A stretch of 64,000 nt of DNA from the NCBI GenBank assembly GCA_964016885.1, contig OZ024741.1:368466001-368530000 (forward strand), written 5' to 3'. Position 1 is the first letter of the stretch. Each line of letters starts with the position of its first letter. Below are positions 31,958 to 45,490 of the stretch, in pieces. This DNA is from Eledone cirrhosa (Eukaryota). The position numbers and the translations under genes are program-made. The notes under the pieces are model-generated. The model saw only the letters and a program-made list of their open reading frames with translations. It ran no database searches and was not told where the DNA came from.

Positions 31958-32167
31958 CCCTTTAGCATTCACATTATTCTATATATATTATTATATTTTC
32001 ATGGTAAAGGCTTTACCTCGCATAATTATCTCACATAATATCGAATCTATGAGATTTTGAAAGTATTTATTTTGAGAACAATACCTTAACATCGGTATGA
32101 GTGGCCAGTTACAGCCAGTTTCAACAGAAAGAGGTAGAGAATTCTGGCTGGTTTGAACATTAAAGGG
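31958..32167. mobile_element. piggyBac-type MITE family 1, opposite orientation, inserted into a Nin/Deu-type SINE
   Basis: TTAA TSD and CCCTTTA...TAAAGGG ends; SINE sequence ggggttgatttaa|ttgactttcccc resumes on both sides. Confidence 0.88.
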
Positions 32168-32799
32168 TTAATTGACTTTCCCCTCCCACCAAAATTGGGT
32201 GTTGATATAATTGACCTCCTGCCAACTCCTGGATTGCTAACCTTGTTAGAAAGAATTATTAAAAGTGTAAATTTAATTAAAATTTCTTGGCTTATTACAT
32301 CAAATATGTTAACACCCACATTACTATAAAATATGTATAGAGATTGTTTTTGCCTTTTTTCGTGGCTTAAACATCTGATATCTAAATGTGTATATAGATT
32401 GTTTATCACCATACACCATAAAGGAATGTAGCTTAGTGGTTACGGTATTGGAACTATGATCATACAGTCATATATTTAATTCTTCAATAGGCAATGAGCT
32501 ATGTCCTTGAGCATGACGCTTTATTTTATATTGCTCAAGCACATTCAGCTGAAAAAAAAAGAAGCAGCATTAGCTAGGGGAAAACTCCTGTTACAGACGG
32601 GCATCACATCCAGGGGGAAGTCTTTTCATGATTAGACTTGGGCCTCTGTGAAAACCAATGAGATGCAGTATAGGAGGCCAACTAAACTTACGTGTGTATG
32701 AGCTGCAACAGCAACCATACACCATGGTTTAAATATCTGATGTCTAAAAGCTGGCAACTGAAGGAATCTGTTTCATGTGTGGTCTTTGTGCTTACTTCT

Positions 32800-34330
32800 G
32801 TACATTTGCTGCATATAAAGTCTATTTTTCTTTAGCCTATCTGCAATCCCACTAAATCTCTAGTGTGCCCATAAATTACACTGTGTGCGCCTTATGAAAT
32901 TTCTGACATATTGACTTTGGTCACTTTCCTATCTTCTTTCCTACGTAAGACTTTCGTCTTTGCTTAATTTACTTTTAGGCCTTTCAACACCAGGTTCTTT
33001 GAAATTTTGCCTCTAACTCTTGTATAGATTCAGCTATGAGGACCAGGCCATCATTGTATTGGGGCTCCCGTGGAGTGCCAGTTAGAAACTCTCCTGTGAT
33101 GGCCTGAAGGAAAATGATAAAAACAGGTGTGGACTGAGGGCTGATCCCTGGTGCATCCCATCGAAATTGATTCTGTCCCTAATTATTTGTACTATAACTC
33201 TTTCAGTAACTTTCATGACCTGGTCCATCAGCTTGATGCCTCTGTAGTTACTTCTCTCTGGTGAATCTCCTTTGCCCTTGTAGTAATTCATAAGGATACT
33301 GCTACACTAGTCATTGAGTATGACACATTCCTGTACTACTTGATTAACTATGCATCTGACTAACTCATATACTACCATGCCAGATATTTTTATCATCTTA
33401 GTGACTATACCAGATGGTCCAACTGCTTTCCTTACCTTCATTCCTTTATCATACTGCTGTTAAAGGAATGAATGTTCCTCAGTAGAGTCTGCATAGGGTA
33501 GGCCGTTACTGTCCCATTTATTTTCCTTGTTTAGCTGTCTCTCATAGTATGTCTTCCATGCTTCCTTCTTTTCAGCATCATACAGTGCAAGTGCTCCGCT
33601 ATCATTTTGGACAAACTTTTCTTCAGCCACATCATGATTTCCTCCATCATACTGTCTTGCATTCCTGAATGCTTTGTGTCTCTGATCTTCACAATGCAGA
33701 ACATTTTCTGCCTCTCCTCTTGCTAGATATATTTGGTGCCCTGTTCTCTCCAGGCTTGCCTTTTTATTTTAAATGGCACTTTCTACCTTGACATTCCATC
33801 ATCATGTTACCCTCCGTCTTTGCGGGTCCTTGCTCCAGTTGCAGACCTGGCTTGTTGCTTCCAGCAAGATCTCCCATGGGAATTCTCGATTTTTCTGTTA
33901 TATGTCTGTAACTCCTCTTCCTTACTGTCATGGGTGTCAAGAAGGATTTCTCTAAATTTGTTACCTAGAGAGGGTTTGCTCAGCTTCCACGTCTTCCTTC
34001 TCCAGACTGGCTTTTGTCTCTTGGTCTACCTAACCCTTACTCTAAGGTCACTGACAACTAATCTATGTTGGGTGGTACATTCTTCTCCAGGAAAGGACTT
34101 GGCATTTACAACCATTTATCTTTTTTTTCCTGGTGAAGATGAAGTCTATTTGACTTGTATGCCCCCCTGATTGGTAGGTAATCAGGTGGTTTGTTGGTTT
34201 CTTGAAGTTTGTGTTACTGGTCGTTAAGCATCACAGAACTCCAAGAGTCTAGTCCCCTCCTCACTTCTTGTGCTATAACTATAGCCTCCATGTATGCTAG
34301 GGAATCCGTTGTGATGTTTTGCAACATATC
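32800..34330 (-). mobile_element. Degenerate RTE LINE fragment
   Basis: YKGKGD..ERSNYRGIKLMDQVMKV.ERVI and HQGSALSP.LF remnants. Confidence 0.82.
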
Positions 34331-34483
34331 CATTGAAGTCACCAGCTGCACTCATAAGGTCACTAGATATACATACACACTGTTTACTGATGCCTCTTCT
34401 TCACTCATGTGAAACTTGGGTGCTCTACAAATTCTCTAGAAATCACCAGAACTACTTACTATTGTAAAACACTTCTCTTTCAG

Positions 34484-34591
34484 ATTCATCGAAACAAAAA
34501 CAAATGGAAGTTCCAATTAAAAGACGGAATTATGAATCTCAATGGAAAAGACTCTGTATTTCAGAAAGGTGTTGGAGATGCTGAATGGTAG
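34484..34591 (+). CDS. GTF2A1: TFIIA beta terminal exon: IHRNKNKWKFQLKDGIMNLNGKDSVFQKGVGDAEW*
   Basis: ctctttcag acceptor; hallmark KNKWKF.LKDGIMNLNG.D..F.K..GDAEW then TAG. Confidence 0.97.
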   Translation: MHRNKNKWKFQLKDGIMNLNGKDSVFQKGVGDAEW

Positions 34592-34761
34592 TTCTTTGGT
34601 AAAATGGCAAAGAGGAGGAGATCTTCAGGAAATATATGATGAACTGTTCACAGAAACCTGGGCTTGGCATAGTTGATAGTCAACTGCCGAAGTCAGTCAT
34701 CCTCTAATTTATGTGTGTATGTGTGTGTCTATATAATATATATAAAATGTGTGTACAAAAT

Positions 34762-34846
<85 letters not shown>

Positions 34847-35109
34847 ATATGTGTGTGTATGTGTGTATATATAAATATGTGTGTATGTGTGTATATAAAA
34901 ATGTGTGTATGTATGTATATATATATATGTGTGTGTGTATGTGTGTATATATAAATATATATATATGTGTGTGTGTATGTGTGTTTAAAATAAAATATAT
35001 TTATATACATATATGTTTATACACATGTTTATGTATATACATATCATGAGTGTGCAAGAACTATTCATATGCTATGATGATATACATACAATCATTATAT
35101 ATATATTCA

Positions 35110-35141
<32 letters not shown>

Positions 35142-37110
35142 TACACACACAGACTTTGTATTTGTCTTGCAAGATTCTTGATGTGAAAATGTGTGTTGAA
35201 GCATATTTTTTATTCTTCGGGGAAATTGGGGGGGGGGGGGGGTCATGTTGCCAATACAAATAAACATATGCACCAGTTGGGTTTCAATTCCATTTATGTA
35301 ACAGGTTGGTTATTTAGTTATCATATTTACTTGTCAAAGCTCTTTTGTCACACATTCTGTAACTCAGGACACAGAGGAGCAAGAATAATCATTGAGAAAG
35401 TCACAGAATGTGACAAAATAAATAATTAAATATCCATCCAGTTACTAAACTACCTGAGGAATGGATAAATTATCTGATATTAAAACCTAAGTAAAACTCA
35501 GCTTGTGTGTGTGTTTTTATTAGCAGCATGACTCTCTGAGTATAACACACACACACATACACACATTGCAAGAGAATAGATTTGGGGGGTAACCATTGAT
35601 TTGTAGCTCTTTGTGATTGTTTGTTTTATCTCATTTCAGTGAATATATCACATAATAGGAATATTGCAGGCTTCAAACTTTGCATCACAACTACCGCACA
35701 AACACACATCCTCCATGAATACACAATTGTATGTCTTTAAAGATTTCTTATATTTTAAACCTTGAATGATATTTTCCCCATTCCCCAAATAAAAACATTC
35801 TTACTGAAAGAATTCGTCTGAAGTTGGTTACCGTTCCTGAAATCTTGTATAAATCTATAGTTTCAGATAACTTAAACACACACACACACATGCGCATGCA
35901 TGCAATTTAATACACTCCCACACACACACTTAGAATTACGATCAGGAAGTATTTAATATCTTTGCTTCCTCTAAAGAATTACAATTTAAGCTGCAAAACT
36001 CTGTGCAGTGGTTGATGTTTGTTTTATATTGAAATGGTAATATATTTTAAATACAGTGTGCTTTTGTTTGTTGGTTTGTTTGTGTGTGTGCATGTATGTA
36101 TATATATATATGTATATGAAAATGTATATATGTATATATATATATATCATCACTATCATTTAGCATCCATTTTCTCTGCTAACAAGGGTTGGACATGTCA
36201 TCTCAGATAAGTCAGTATTTAAGCGGAGCCAGTGGCCTCCAGGTGTGCTAGCGGCTCAACATATCCCGTGCATTTTGTCACATCCTTGACACACCTGAAG
36301 AGTCCTTTTGACCGTTTGTTTGGCAGGTTTTCTAAGGCTGGATGCCTTTCCTATCTATCACTAGCTACTTGACAGTGTATACTGGGTGCATTTATCATTG
36401 GTCACCAACATTAGGGAGGTTGTGATGTATATGACAACTGAAGAGTCTCTTGACCCTTTGTTTGGTAGGCTTTCTATGGAAGGACATCCCACTATAAAAA
36501 CCATGCCAAAAAGGGCCGAGAGGACTTTTCAATTGTGTTAAGTCTTCTCATCTTACACTTATTTAGTATTTTTATTTCATTGTACTAATGTTCATTGCTG
36601 CAGCTCTGAAGTTTTGTACTTGATGCAGTGTGGAACTCTTGATGAAGGTTTGCACCTGGAGCAGGGCTAAGTGGGTGGCTTGATGTATGTCTTCTGTATC
36701 TGAAATGGAGATCTTGGTTACAGAAAGGGGCTTCTTGTTCATGGTCAGGTGCTTTTATTTGAAGATGACTGTTTATCACTAAATCACCTGTAAACATAAC
36801 TCACCCAACTAGCCAGGCTACAAACTGAGAATGTAGGTGTTGGCCAGTATGGTCCTAGTAGGTTTCACCTATAGATAATGGGGTGGAGGCAGGTGATATG
36901 CATATGTACGCAGTGTATTTGAATATATGTTGTGACAGCATGCAAGGGAATTGGTATGATATATTCAGAGTATCTTGCAGACCTTTATAAATCAATTTCA
37001 ATCATTTAAGGAGTTTTACTCTCTTTTACTCTTTATTGTTCTTGCAAAACAGTTTTATTTTTAACATAAAAAAAAAATTATTATAGTTATGTGTGTGTGT
37101 GTATATGTAT

Positions 37111-37141
<31 letters not shown>

Positions 37142-37849
37142 CACACACACACACACATATACACACACACGTGTGCGTGCCTGTGTGTGTTTTGATATAG
37201 ACCGATGTTTACAAATACAAACTACAGGTTTCAATTTTGCTTCAAATATCTGATAATCAGTGCTCAAGTTTTGAATCGCTTGTAGTATTTACTTGTAAAT
37301 ATTACATTATATTAAAATACATATCTCTTCTCAAAAAGTAGTTCTTTTTTACATTTGGAGATTTTATCTATTACACACACACACACATTGTAGACATGGT
37401 TGTGTTTGAGTTTAATCTTTGTTCTTATTAAAGATTCTTCTTATTTCTTTATAAGTCTTGACAACACTCCAATGTCTACTAACATTCCAAGACCTTTTTG
37501 GCCTCATTATCTGAAGGAGTGATAAGAGCAGTATATTGTTGCTACACATTTTCTAGTCGGTCACTGTAATGATATAACTGATGAAATTGGCAACAAGTCA
37601 CCCCTACCAGAACACTTCATTCAGATGATGATGCACAGAAGGTTTTGAAATAGAATTAGATTATTGCTCCAAACCCCAAAATTAGGACTAATCAGGAACT
37701 ATAAAGAAAAATCTTTATAAATCTTTAATATGTTTGAAAGAGAAAATTTTAAATGAAAACAAATTAGTGTTTTGCTCTTGATTTAGCCAAATAGTAATTT
37801 TGTTTTTCAATTTTTGTTCCATAATTTAAAAATTATGAATCATGAAAAT

Positions 37850-38630
37850 CATCATCGTTGTTTAACGTCTATCCTCCACGCTAGCATGGGTTAGACGGGA
37901 GTTGTCCCACTTGAGACAAGATTGGTCGGGTGACCGTGTCTCGCTCGTATAGGACTGTATCTGGCAGGTTTTCTACGGCTGGATGCCTTTCCTAACACCA
38001 ACCACATTGTGGACTGGAACTTTTTACCGTGTTACCTACACGGCCACATTACAGCGTAGACTGCGTGTTTTTTGTCGTGACACCTACACGATCTCATTAG
38101 TTTGGACTGGATGTTGTGGTACCAACATAACTTTATAGAGAAAGGGTGGTGTTGGCAGGAGTGGGAGGATGGAGCGGGGTAGTGAGTTGGGGTGTGTTTG
38201 GTTTAGAGGGCCCTACTGTCTGTAGGTTAACTTTGCACGTAGGGAAGGCGGGTCTTCTGTAATACTGCGTGGCGCCAAAGATCTCGATCCAGTGACATTG
38301 TCTTAGAGAGGTGCAAGGTCAGACTTTATCATGTCGTCCCAGGTTTTTCTGGGTCTACCTACTCCGTAATTTCCATCAATTTTGATCACCCTGCACTTTT
38401 TTATACAGCTGTCATCTGTCATGTGCATCACGTGACCATACCAACGTAATCTTCTCTCGAGTAAACAGCATCTGATCCTCTTATTCCTAATTTCTCACTT
38501 AGTTCATTTGTTTTGCAGTTCATGTATATTACTATTACACATCCAACGGAGCATGCATGCTTCGTTCCTTTCGAGTCTGTGCAGGTCCTCTGCACACAAT
38601 GCCCATGTCTCGCTGCCATGTAACATTGCT
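37850..38630 (-). mobile_element. RTE LINE 3' end
   Basis: Homologous to 13796-14570. Confidence 0.88.
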
Positions 38631-40944
38631 GGTGAATTTCCCTCAGATCAATTAAAAACATTATCAATATTAACGCGCATACACATATGCACGTTCTCTT
38701 TCTCATTTTCTTCATTATTATTTTTCTTGTTTTCAGTTTTAAAGTTTAAATAAATGCAATAAAATTTTGAAATCACACAACTAACACACATACAGACATA
38801 CACATATATAAATAATAATATTAATAATATAACAACACAATTCCAAACACTCAGAAAACCAAGAAAGAACAGAATTATCACTGCTGAATCTGTACATAAA
38901 ACATTACTCTTTCTGAGTCCTCTCCAGCAATTGGCTACAACTGTTGATTGAAACTAAAACAGATATCTTATTCAAAGTCTGATTTTTTAAAAGAATTAAA
39001 TGATTACTGAAAAGATTTCATTATTATTATTATTATTATTGTTGTTATTATTATTAGGGTGGTGGATTGGCATTATCGGTAGAGCGTCGGACAATATGCT
39101 TTGCGGCATAGTTACAGCCCTTTACGTTCTGGGTTCAAATCCTGACGAGGTTAGCTTTGCCATTCATCCTTATGGGATCAATAAAATAAAGCACCAGTAA
39201 TGCACAGTTTGTTTTAATTGACTTTTCCCTCACCTGCTGGCCTTGTGCCTATAGTAGAATTCATTATTATTGTTGTTGTTATCAGTGGTTTGGTAGAATC
39301 ATTAGAGCTTCAGACAAAATTCTTTCTGGCATTTAATTCCAGTCCTTTATATTCTGAGTTTAAATCCTAAGGTCAATTTTGCCTTTAATCCTTCCAAGGT
39401 TGATAAAATAAGCATCAGTCAAATACTAGGGTCAATCAATATAACTGACTTTACGAACCCTCGAAAATTTGAAACGTTATTATTGTAGTAAAGGGCAGTA
39501 TCAGTAGAGGGTCGGATGCCATGCTTTGCGGCATGGAGTTGTCGCCCTTTACGTTCTGAGTTTAAATCCCACTGAGGTTAACTTTGCCTTTGATAAAATA
39601 AAGCACCAGTAATACACTGGGTAATTGCTGGCCTTGTGCCAAAAGTAGAAACAATTATTATTGTAGTAAAGTTGGCAGATATGCTGGACTAAATGTATTG
39701 CAGTGTATTTAGTCTTGTACTTCTATTAACAGTTGAAATTCTGTCTGTTGATATAGTCTTTCTCCTCTCTCTTTTGGTCAAATTGAAACACTAGTAATAT
39801 ATTGGGGTTGATTAATTTACTATAACCTCTTCTAAAAGAAAATTGGCCTTGTTTCTGGTGCAAATAAATTATTTTTCTAAAATCTTATTTTTCATTATTT
39901 CTCAATATAATTATATTATAGAGGCATGCATGGCTTAGTGGTTAAGGTGTTGGGCTCACGTTTGTAAGTTCATGAGTTTGATTCCTTGATTGGACAGTGC
40001 ATTGTGTCCTTGAGCAAGACACTATTTCACATTGCTCTAATCCACTCAGCTGGACAAAAAAAAAAAAAAAACTAGTAGCAACAGCTGTGTGGGGGTTGGG
40101 GGAGTAATCCTGCAATAGACTGGCATCCGATACTCTGTCTTGTACTCTCAGTTGCCAAAACAGCCGAGATGAGCTCTGACCTGACAAGCTTCTAAGCTTG
40201 GGGCAAGCGTTTAACTTCAGCTTTTTAATAATTATAATGCTGCACATTTTTTATCTTTGCTTGGTTCATTTATATAAACCAAGCTCTTATTTTTCTCTGT
40301 GAATCTGTTTTCAAGTATGTTCTTTTTTTAAAATTATTTCCTTTAAATTTTTTATTCTTTCAGCAGTTTTGCTACTTGCTGCCAAGTAAACAACCCTCTC
40401 CCATAATTTTGTTCTATCAGACATTTGAACTTGTTACAAAAAGCAGCTGTGTGTGTGCACGTGTGCATGAATGCATATGTGAGTGTGTGTGCATGTATTA
40501 ACTTTGTTGCTCTGCTATATTGTCCTTTTGCCGGATATTTATGTTAATAATTTTCATTTTTAACCATTCAAAGAAAATATGGAACATTTTTTTTTTTCAT
40601 TAAAGTTCTTATAAAAACATTTTAAAGTGTTTCTACAGTAATTTAGAAATATTTCTTACACAGATTTCACTTATTTGCTGAATGGCATATTGTTTATATA
40701 TTATAATACATGATAGTAAACTTCACTATGGAGAACAAGATCAGACTTTTGCATGTACTGGTGTTTTCTATCTTCCTGTATGCATGTGAGACATGGACTC
40801 TTATTGCAGAGATATAGAGAAAGATATAGGTACTAGAAATGAAATGCTGCCACATCATCTTGGGTGTCTAAGACAGACCACATCACAAACTACCTGGTCT
40901 GCAGAATAATCAAGCATCATATTGGTTCGCTGGTCTGTAGGAAG

Positions 40945-42101
40945 GAAAATAGGGCTCTGGGAAATGGCCATGCTCAGTGTGTAAGAAAGGAGTAGACAGA
41001 AACTCCATTTTATGTCCCAAATGCAAAGTAGGGGTGCATAAAAGATGTAGTGGGATCACAGGTAAGCTAACTAAGAACATAGATTTTATATGTGGCCGGT
41101 GCTCAGGTGCAATAAGTAGGAGCAAGTGCTCACAGGATTCTAGCCCCTTCCATTGCCCAGATGGTTCTATAGAAATAGTGGACACCTTCCATTACCTGGG
41201 TGACAAAATCAGCAGTGGTGGAGGGTGCTCTGAAAGTACAGTAGCTAGAGTCAGAACGGGATGGAAAAAGTTCAGAGAGCTTATACCACTATTGGCCGCT
41301 AAAGGTTTCTCTCTAAAAATGAAAGGCAGACTGTATGATGCCTGCATACTAACAGCAATGTTACATGGCAGTGAGACTTGGGCATTGTGTGCAGAGGATC
41401 TATGCAGACTGGAGAGGAACGAAGCTTGCATGCTCCGTTGGATGTGTAATAGTAATATATGTGAACGGCAAAGCATAAATGAACTAAGTGAGAAATTAGG
41501 AATAAGAGGGATCAGATGCTGTTTACTCAAGAGAAGACTACGTTGGTACGGTCACGTGATGCGCATGAAAGACGACAGCTGTATAAAAAAGTGCAGGCCG
41601 ATCAAAATAGACGGTAGCTATCGAGTCGGCAGACCCAGAAAAACCTGGAACACTTACACCTCTCCAAGACAATGTCACTGGACCGAGATCTTTGGCGCTA
41701 CGCAATAATACAGAAGACTCGCCTTGCCTAAGTATAAAGCGAAACCTTCAGGCAGTAGGCACCTCTTAACCAAAATACACCCCATCCCACTACCCCTACC
41801 CCGATCTACACCACCCCTTTCGCTGTAAAGTTATGTTGGTACCACAACATCCAGTCCTAAATAAATTAGGTCGTGTAGGTGTCACGACAAAAAAACAGTC
41901 CACGCTGTAATGTGGCCGTGTAGGTAACAGTAAAAACCTCCCAGTCCACACTGTAAACGTGGTTGGTGTTAGGAAGGGCATCCAGCCGTAGAAAACCTGC
42001 CAGGTAGTCGTACATGAGCAAGACAACCAATCTTGCCTCAAGTGGGACAATTCCTGTCTAAACCCATGCTAGCGTGGAAGATAGACGTTAATCGATGATG
42101 A
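40945..42101 (+). mobile_element. RTE LINE 3' portion nested in an older BovB-like RTE fragment (about 40725-42300)
   Basis: ORF 40977-41708 is near-identical to the 14154 ORF; flanks read KIRLLHVLVFSIFLYACETWTL (left) and LTTVKKRK (right), two halves of another RTE. Confidence 0.88.
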
Positions 42102-42919
42102 TTATGACAACCTCACAACGGTGAAGAAAAGAAAGGGGAAATAGTCATGTAACACAGTGGTCTTGTCATGAACTGTGGAAAGGGAGAGGTAAAAGAAAGA
42201 GTTGGTAAACAAATTGTTAGCGGAGACCAGACCTTTATCGTATAACCATGATAGGTGGAGAAGATTAGTGTATTGAACTTCTGTTGGTTCTGACAAGTGT
42301 TCTAGTTAATCAATGAACAGAACTCACAAAATCAGTGTGCAAGTGTTTGATTATTCCAGTATCCAAAATGTAGCTCTCAGGGAGATTCAGCCTGAGCTCT
42401 CCTTGTGTATGAGATAGTTGCTGTCTCGGGCTGTTGTCGTTTGCCAGATTGAGATCAGTGATCAGTTTCCAGAGCCCACCGCAAGTAGGTTGACAACTTA
42501 GATTCCTGCCCAAACTGTCTTCGCCCACAGGGGTCCCAAACCCACGACCTTCAGATTTCTTCACGGAAAGAGTCTTAAAAGTCTGATGTTTGACTGACTT
42601 AGTTATGCAGGTACAGTTATTATAGTATGATAAAGCTAGTTATTTGAATTACAGAAACAACTCATGTTTTCCAGCTGAGTAGACTGAAGCAATGTGAAAT
42701 AAAGTGTCATGTTTAAGGGCACAGTACACAGCTGGAGATCAAACTCACAACCAAACACCCTAACCACTAAATTACGAGCCTTTGCACAGAAGACTAGTGT
42801 ACAGCATGTAATAATTGTGTCCCTACAATATCTCCATACTGCATAACATCAAATCGGGAAAGATCTAATATTGTTCTTATTGGAGCTTAGAATTGTGTTA
42901 ATTCATATTTCACAATTAA

Positions 42920-43165
42920 AGTGGTAATGGTGGTGCCATGATAAAAGTACAACCAGTAAACTCAGTTAAGTGGTATTTGTGGTGCCATGGTAAAATGTAC
43001 CCAGTACAACACTAATATGATAGTTGTGGTGCCATGGTAAAATGTACCCAGTACAACACTAACATGATAGTTGTGGTGCCATGGTAAAATGTACCCAGTA
43101 CACAGTAAAGTGACAATGATGGTGCTATCATAAAGTAGAACCACCACACTGTAAAATGGTGCCAT
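42920..43165 (+). repeat. About 47-bp tandem repeat derived from a SINE/RTE 3' module (a reverse-oriented array at about 28340-28635)
   Basis: Unit gttgtggtgccatggtaaaatgtacccagtacaacactaacatgata, about 5 copies. Confidence 0.75.
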
Positions 43166-45064
43166 CCAACTAACAAATTTTCTATGGCCACTCATGAACA
43201 CTATATGACAACATAGTGGGATGTAGACAACAGACCTATGTTAATTATGGAGAATGTAAACAACTTGAACTTTTTACATCCACACTGGAGGACATATATG
43301 ACTTGGGAAACTGATGTATATAAAGGGGATCATGAGTTAATGCACTCTTTGTGTCTTATATAGAGACATACACCACTTATGGAATGAACCACCATTGTTT
43401 TCGGCAATAAATGTTCTAGCCTGCTCATGACAAAGCTGATTCTTGAATTACAGATACAGGCCATCTGACAGACTTCCAAACAGTTTCTGTCTATCCAGTT
43501 TCACTTACAAGGCTTAGGTCAATCGAAGTCTATGGTAAATAACACCTAAGATGCCACACAGTAGGATCAAACCTGGGACCTAATGGTTACAAAGCAAATT
43601 CCATAACCAATCAGTCATGCTGCATCCACATATGCCACTTAATCCCTCTAAGGACTAATTTATGAACACCCTATGGTCACACTGAGAATGAAAGTCATCT
43701 GACAATCCCTATAGAATCATACAAGAAAAAATAAACCATTTCATGAACATTTGGTCGCCATGCTGAGAGATATAGGTCATGTGATAATCCCTCTATGATC
43801 ATGTTAAAGAACGTAAGCTGCATAAAGAACAATTAACAGGATGTTTAATGAATCCTCTATGTTTATGCCAGGGGATGTATACTGCTTAAAATAAATTTTT
43901 GCAGATATGCCAAAGGATGTTGGCCACTTAAAGACCCAATGGCCTCACTAGTGGATGCAGGTCATGTTACACAATGCCTAAAATCACACCAACAGTGCAG
44001 TCCAATTAAGTATCTACTATGGCCTTGTCGGGGATGGAATTTACTTCAGAATACATCTGCAGATATGCCACAAGACTTAGGACACTGAATATTCTGTGGA
44101 CATACTAGCATACAACCTATGGCCATACCGAGGCACGTGGGCTACCTAATGAACCCGCTCTATCTGTGCATTATATTCCAGTTAAGGAACCTTCTATGGC
44201 TATACCATCTGTCACATGTTCCTTATTGAGGTACATAAACCACACTGAACCCTTTATAGTCGTGGCAACCTCTTAATGAACCCTCAATGACTGGGGGATA
44301 TAGGTATCTTAATACCTCTACAACCATGCTGAATAATGTATGCAATGTAACAAATCCTCCATGTTCATGCAGGTGTACGTAATCTTTGTAATAACATTTC
44401 TAAATGCCACACTGGGAAATGTAATGAACTCTATGATGACGTCAGGGAACATAAGCCACTTGAGGAATCCTACAGCAGCGTTGGAAAACGTAAGACATTT
44501 ACTGAAATTGTCGGGTCATTTTCTTACAGCTCCAAATTTTTACTGAGTAGAAACTATTAGTAAACAAGATAAGTTGCAGGGCCTAATGCTACTGGCGTAG
44601 AGTAAGGTGTTGGTAAGTCATAGCATTTTTGTGCAAATACTATAAATGGCTGGAAAGAGTAGTTGCATGTTTCCAGTCATGATGTTTATAGTATTGTTAT
44701 ACTGTTGGCGGTCACATATTACTGATTGAATTGATGGTGACACCCAACTTACATGCAATAGTTTTCACAAGTCATTGAGAATTCAATGGATACACATGGT
44801 ATTTACAGTGGTTGTGTTGTCCTTATTCCAAGTAGTTTGGTGCCTATGAATTTTAGTTTGGATAGAAGCTGTGATATTTTGACATTTTTGTTTTTTGTTA
44901 AAGATTTTATAATATTGGTGTCGCTATTCTTCCTACCAAAATATTCTCCTCACTGATTATTATCAGTAGGGAGAATATTTTGATAGGAAGAATAGCGACT
45001 TTGGAGGTATATGGTAGCCTATACCAAGTCTTCTGCTGCTTCTATGGTTAATGTGACCATCCAT

Positions 45065-45490
45065 TGGTATATATATATGTTGATTGCTACTGTTCATTGA
45101 ACATTGCACGATCATGTGCATGCAGGTGACTTTTCAGAACAGCTTTTGTTTTGCAGGCATGTTCACAGCTGTGACACTTGAACTGTCTGTCTCCTGGCAT
45201 TACCAGCTGGGGTGTGTCTTCATGAATTTTACCATGTCTGGTCAGTCCACCAACTGATTTGCAAATTAAGCCACACTCATTACAAATGTACCACAGAAGG
45301 CATGGCGGTAGAACCATCTCACAAGTGGCTCGATTTCTTCCTGGTTTGTGACTTCATATGGTTGACAAATCCAGCTCTTGATAGAAGAAATCACCCACAT
45401 ACATTGCACCTTAATTCCTGCTGGATTTATGTAGGCACTGCACTTGGGGCCTGCTTATGGAGTGAGTGATTTAAAGCAGCATGCTAAGTA
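45065..45490 (-). mobile_element. LINE 3' end encoding three C2H2-like zinc knuckles (degenerate)
   Basis: CNVCG*FLLSRAGFVNHMKS, CNECGLICKSVGGLTRHGKIH, CHSCEHACKTKAVLKSHLHAH, then a short tail into (TA)n. Confidence 0.6.

Noticed and set aside
45087-45317. Host C2H2 zinc-finger gene
   Set aside because: No TGEKP linkers, stop codons in the adjacent knuckle, and it ends in a LINE-like tail into (TA)n
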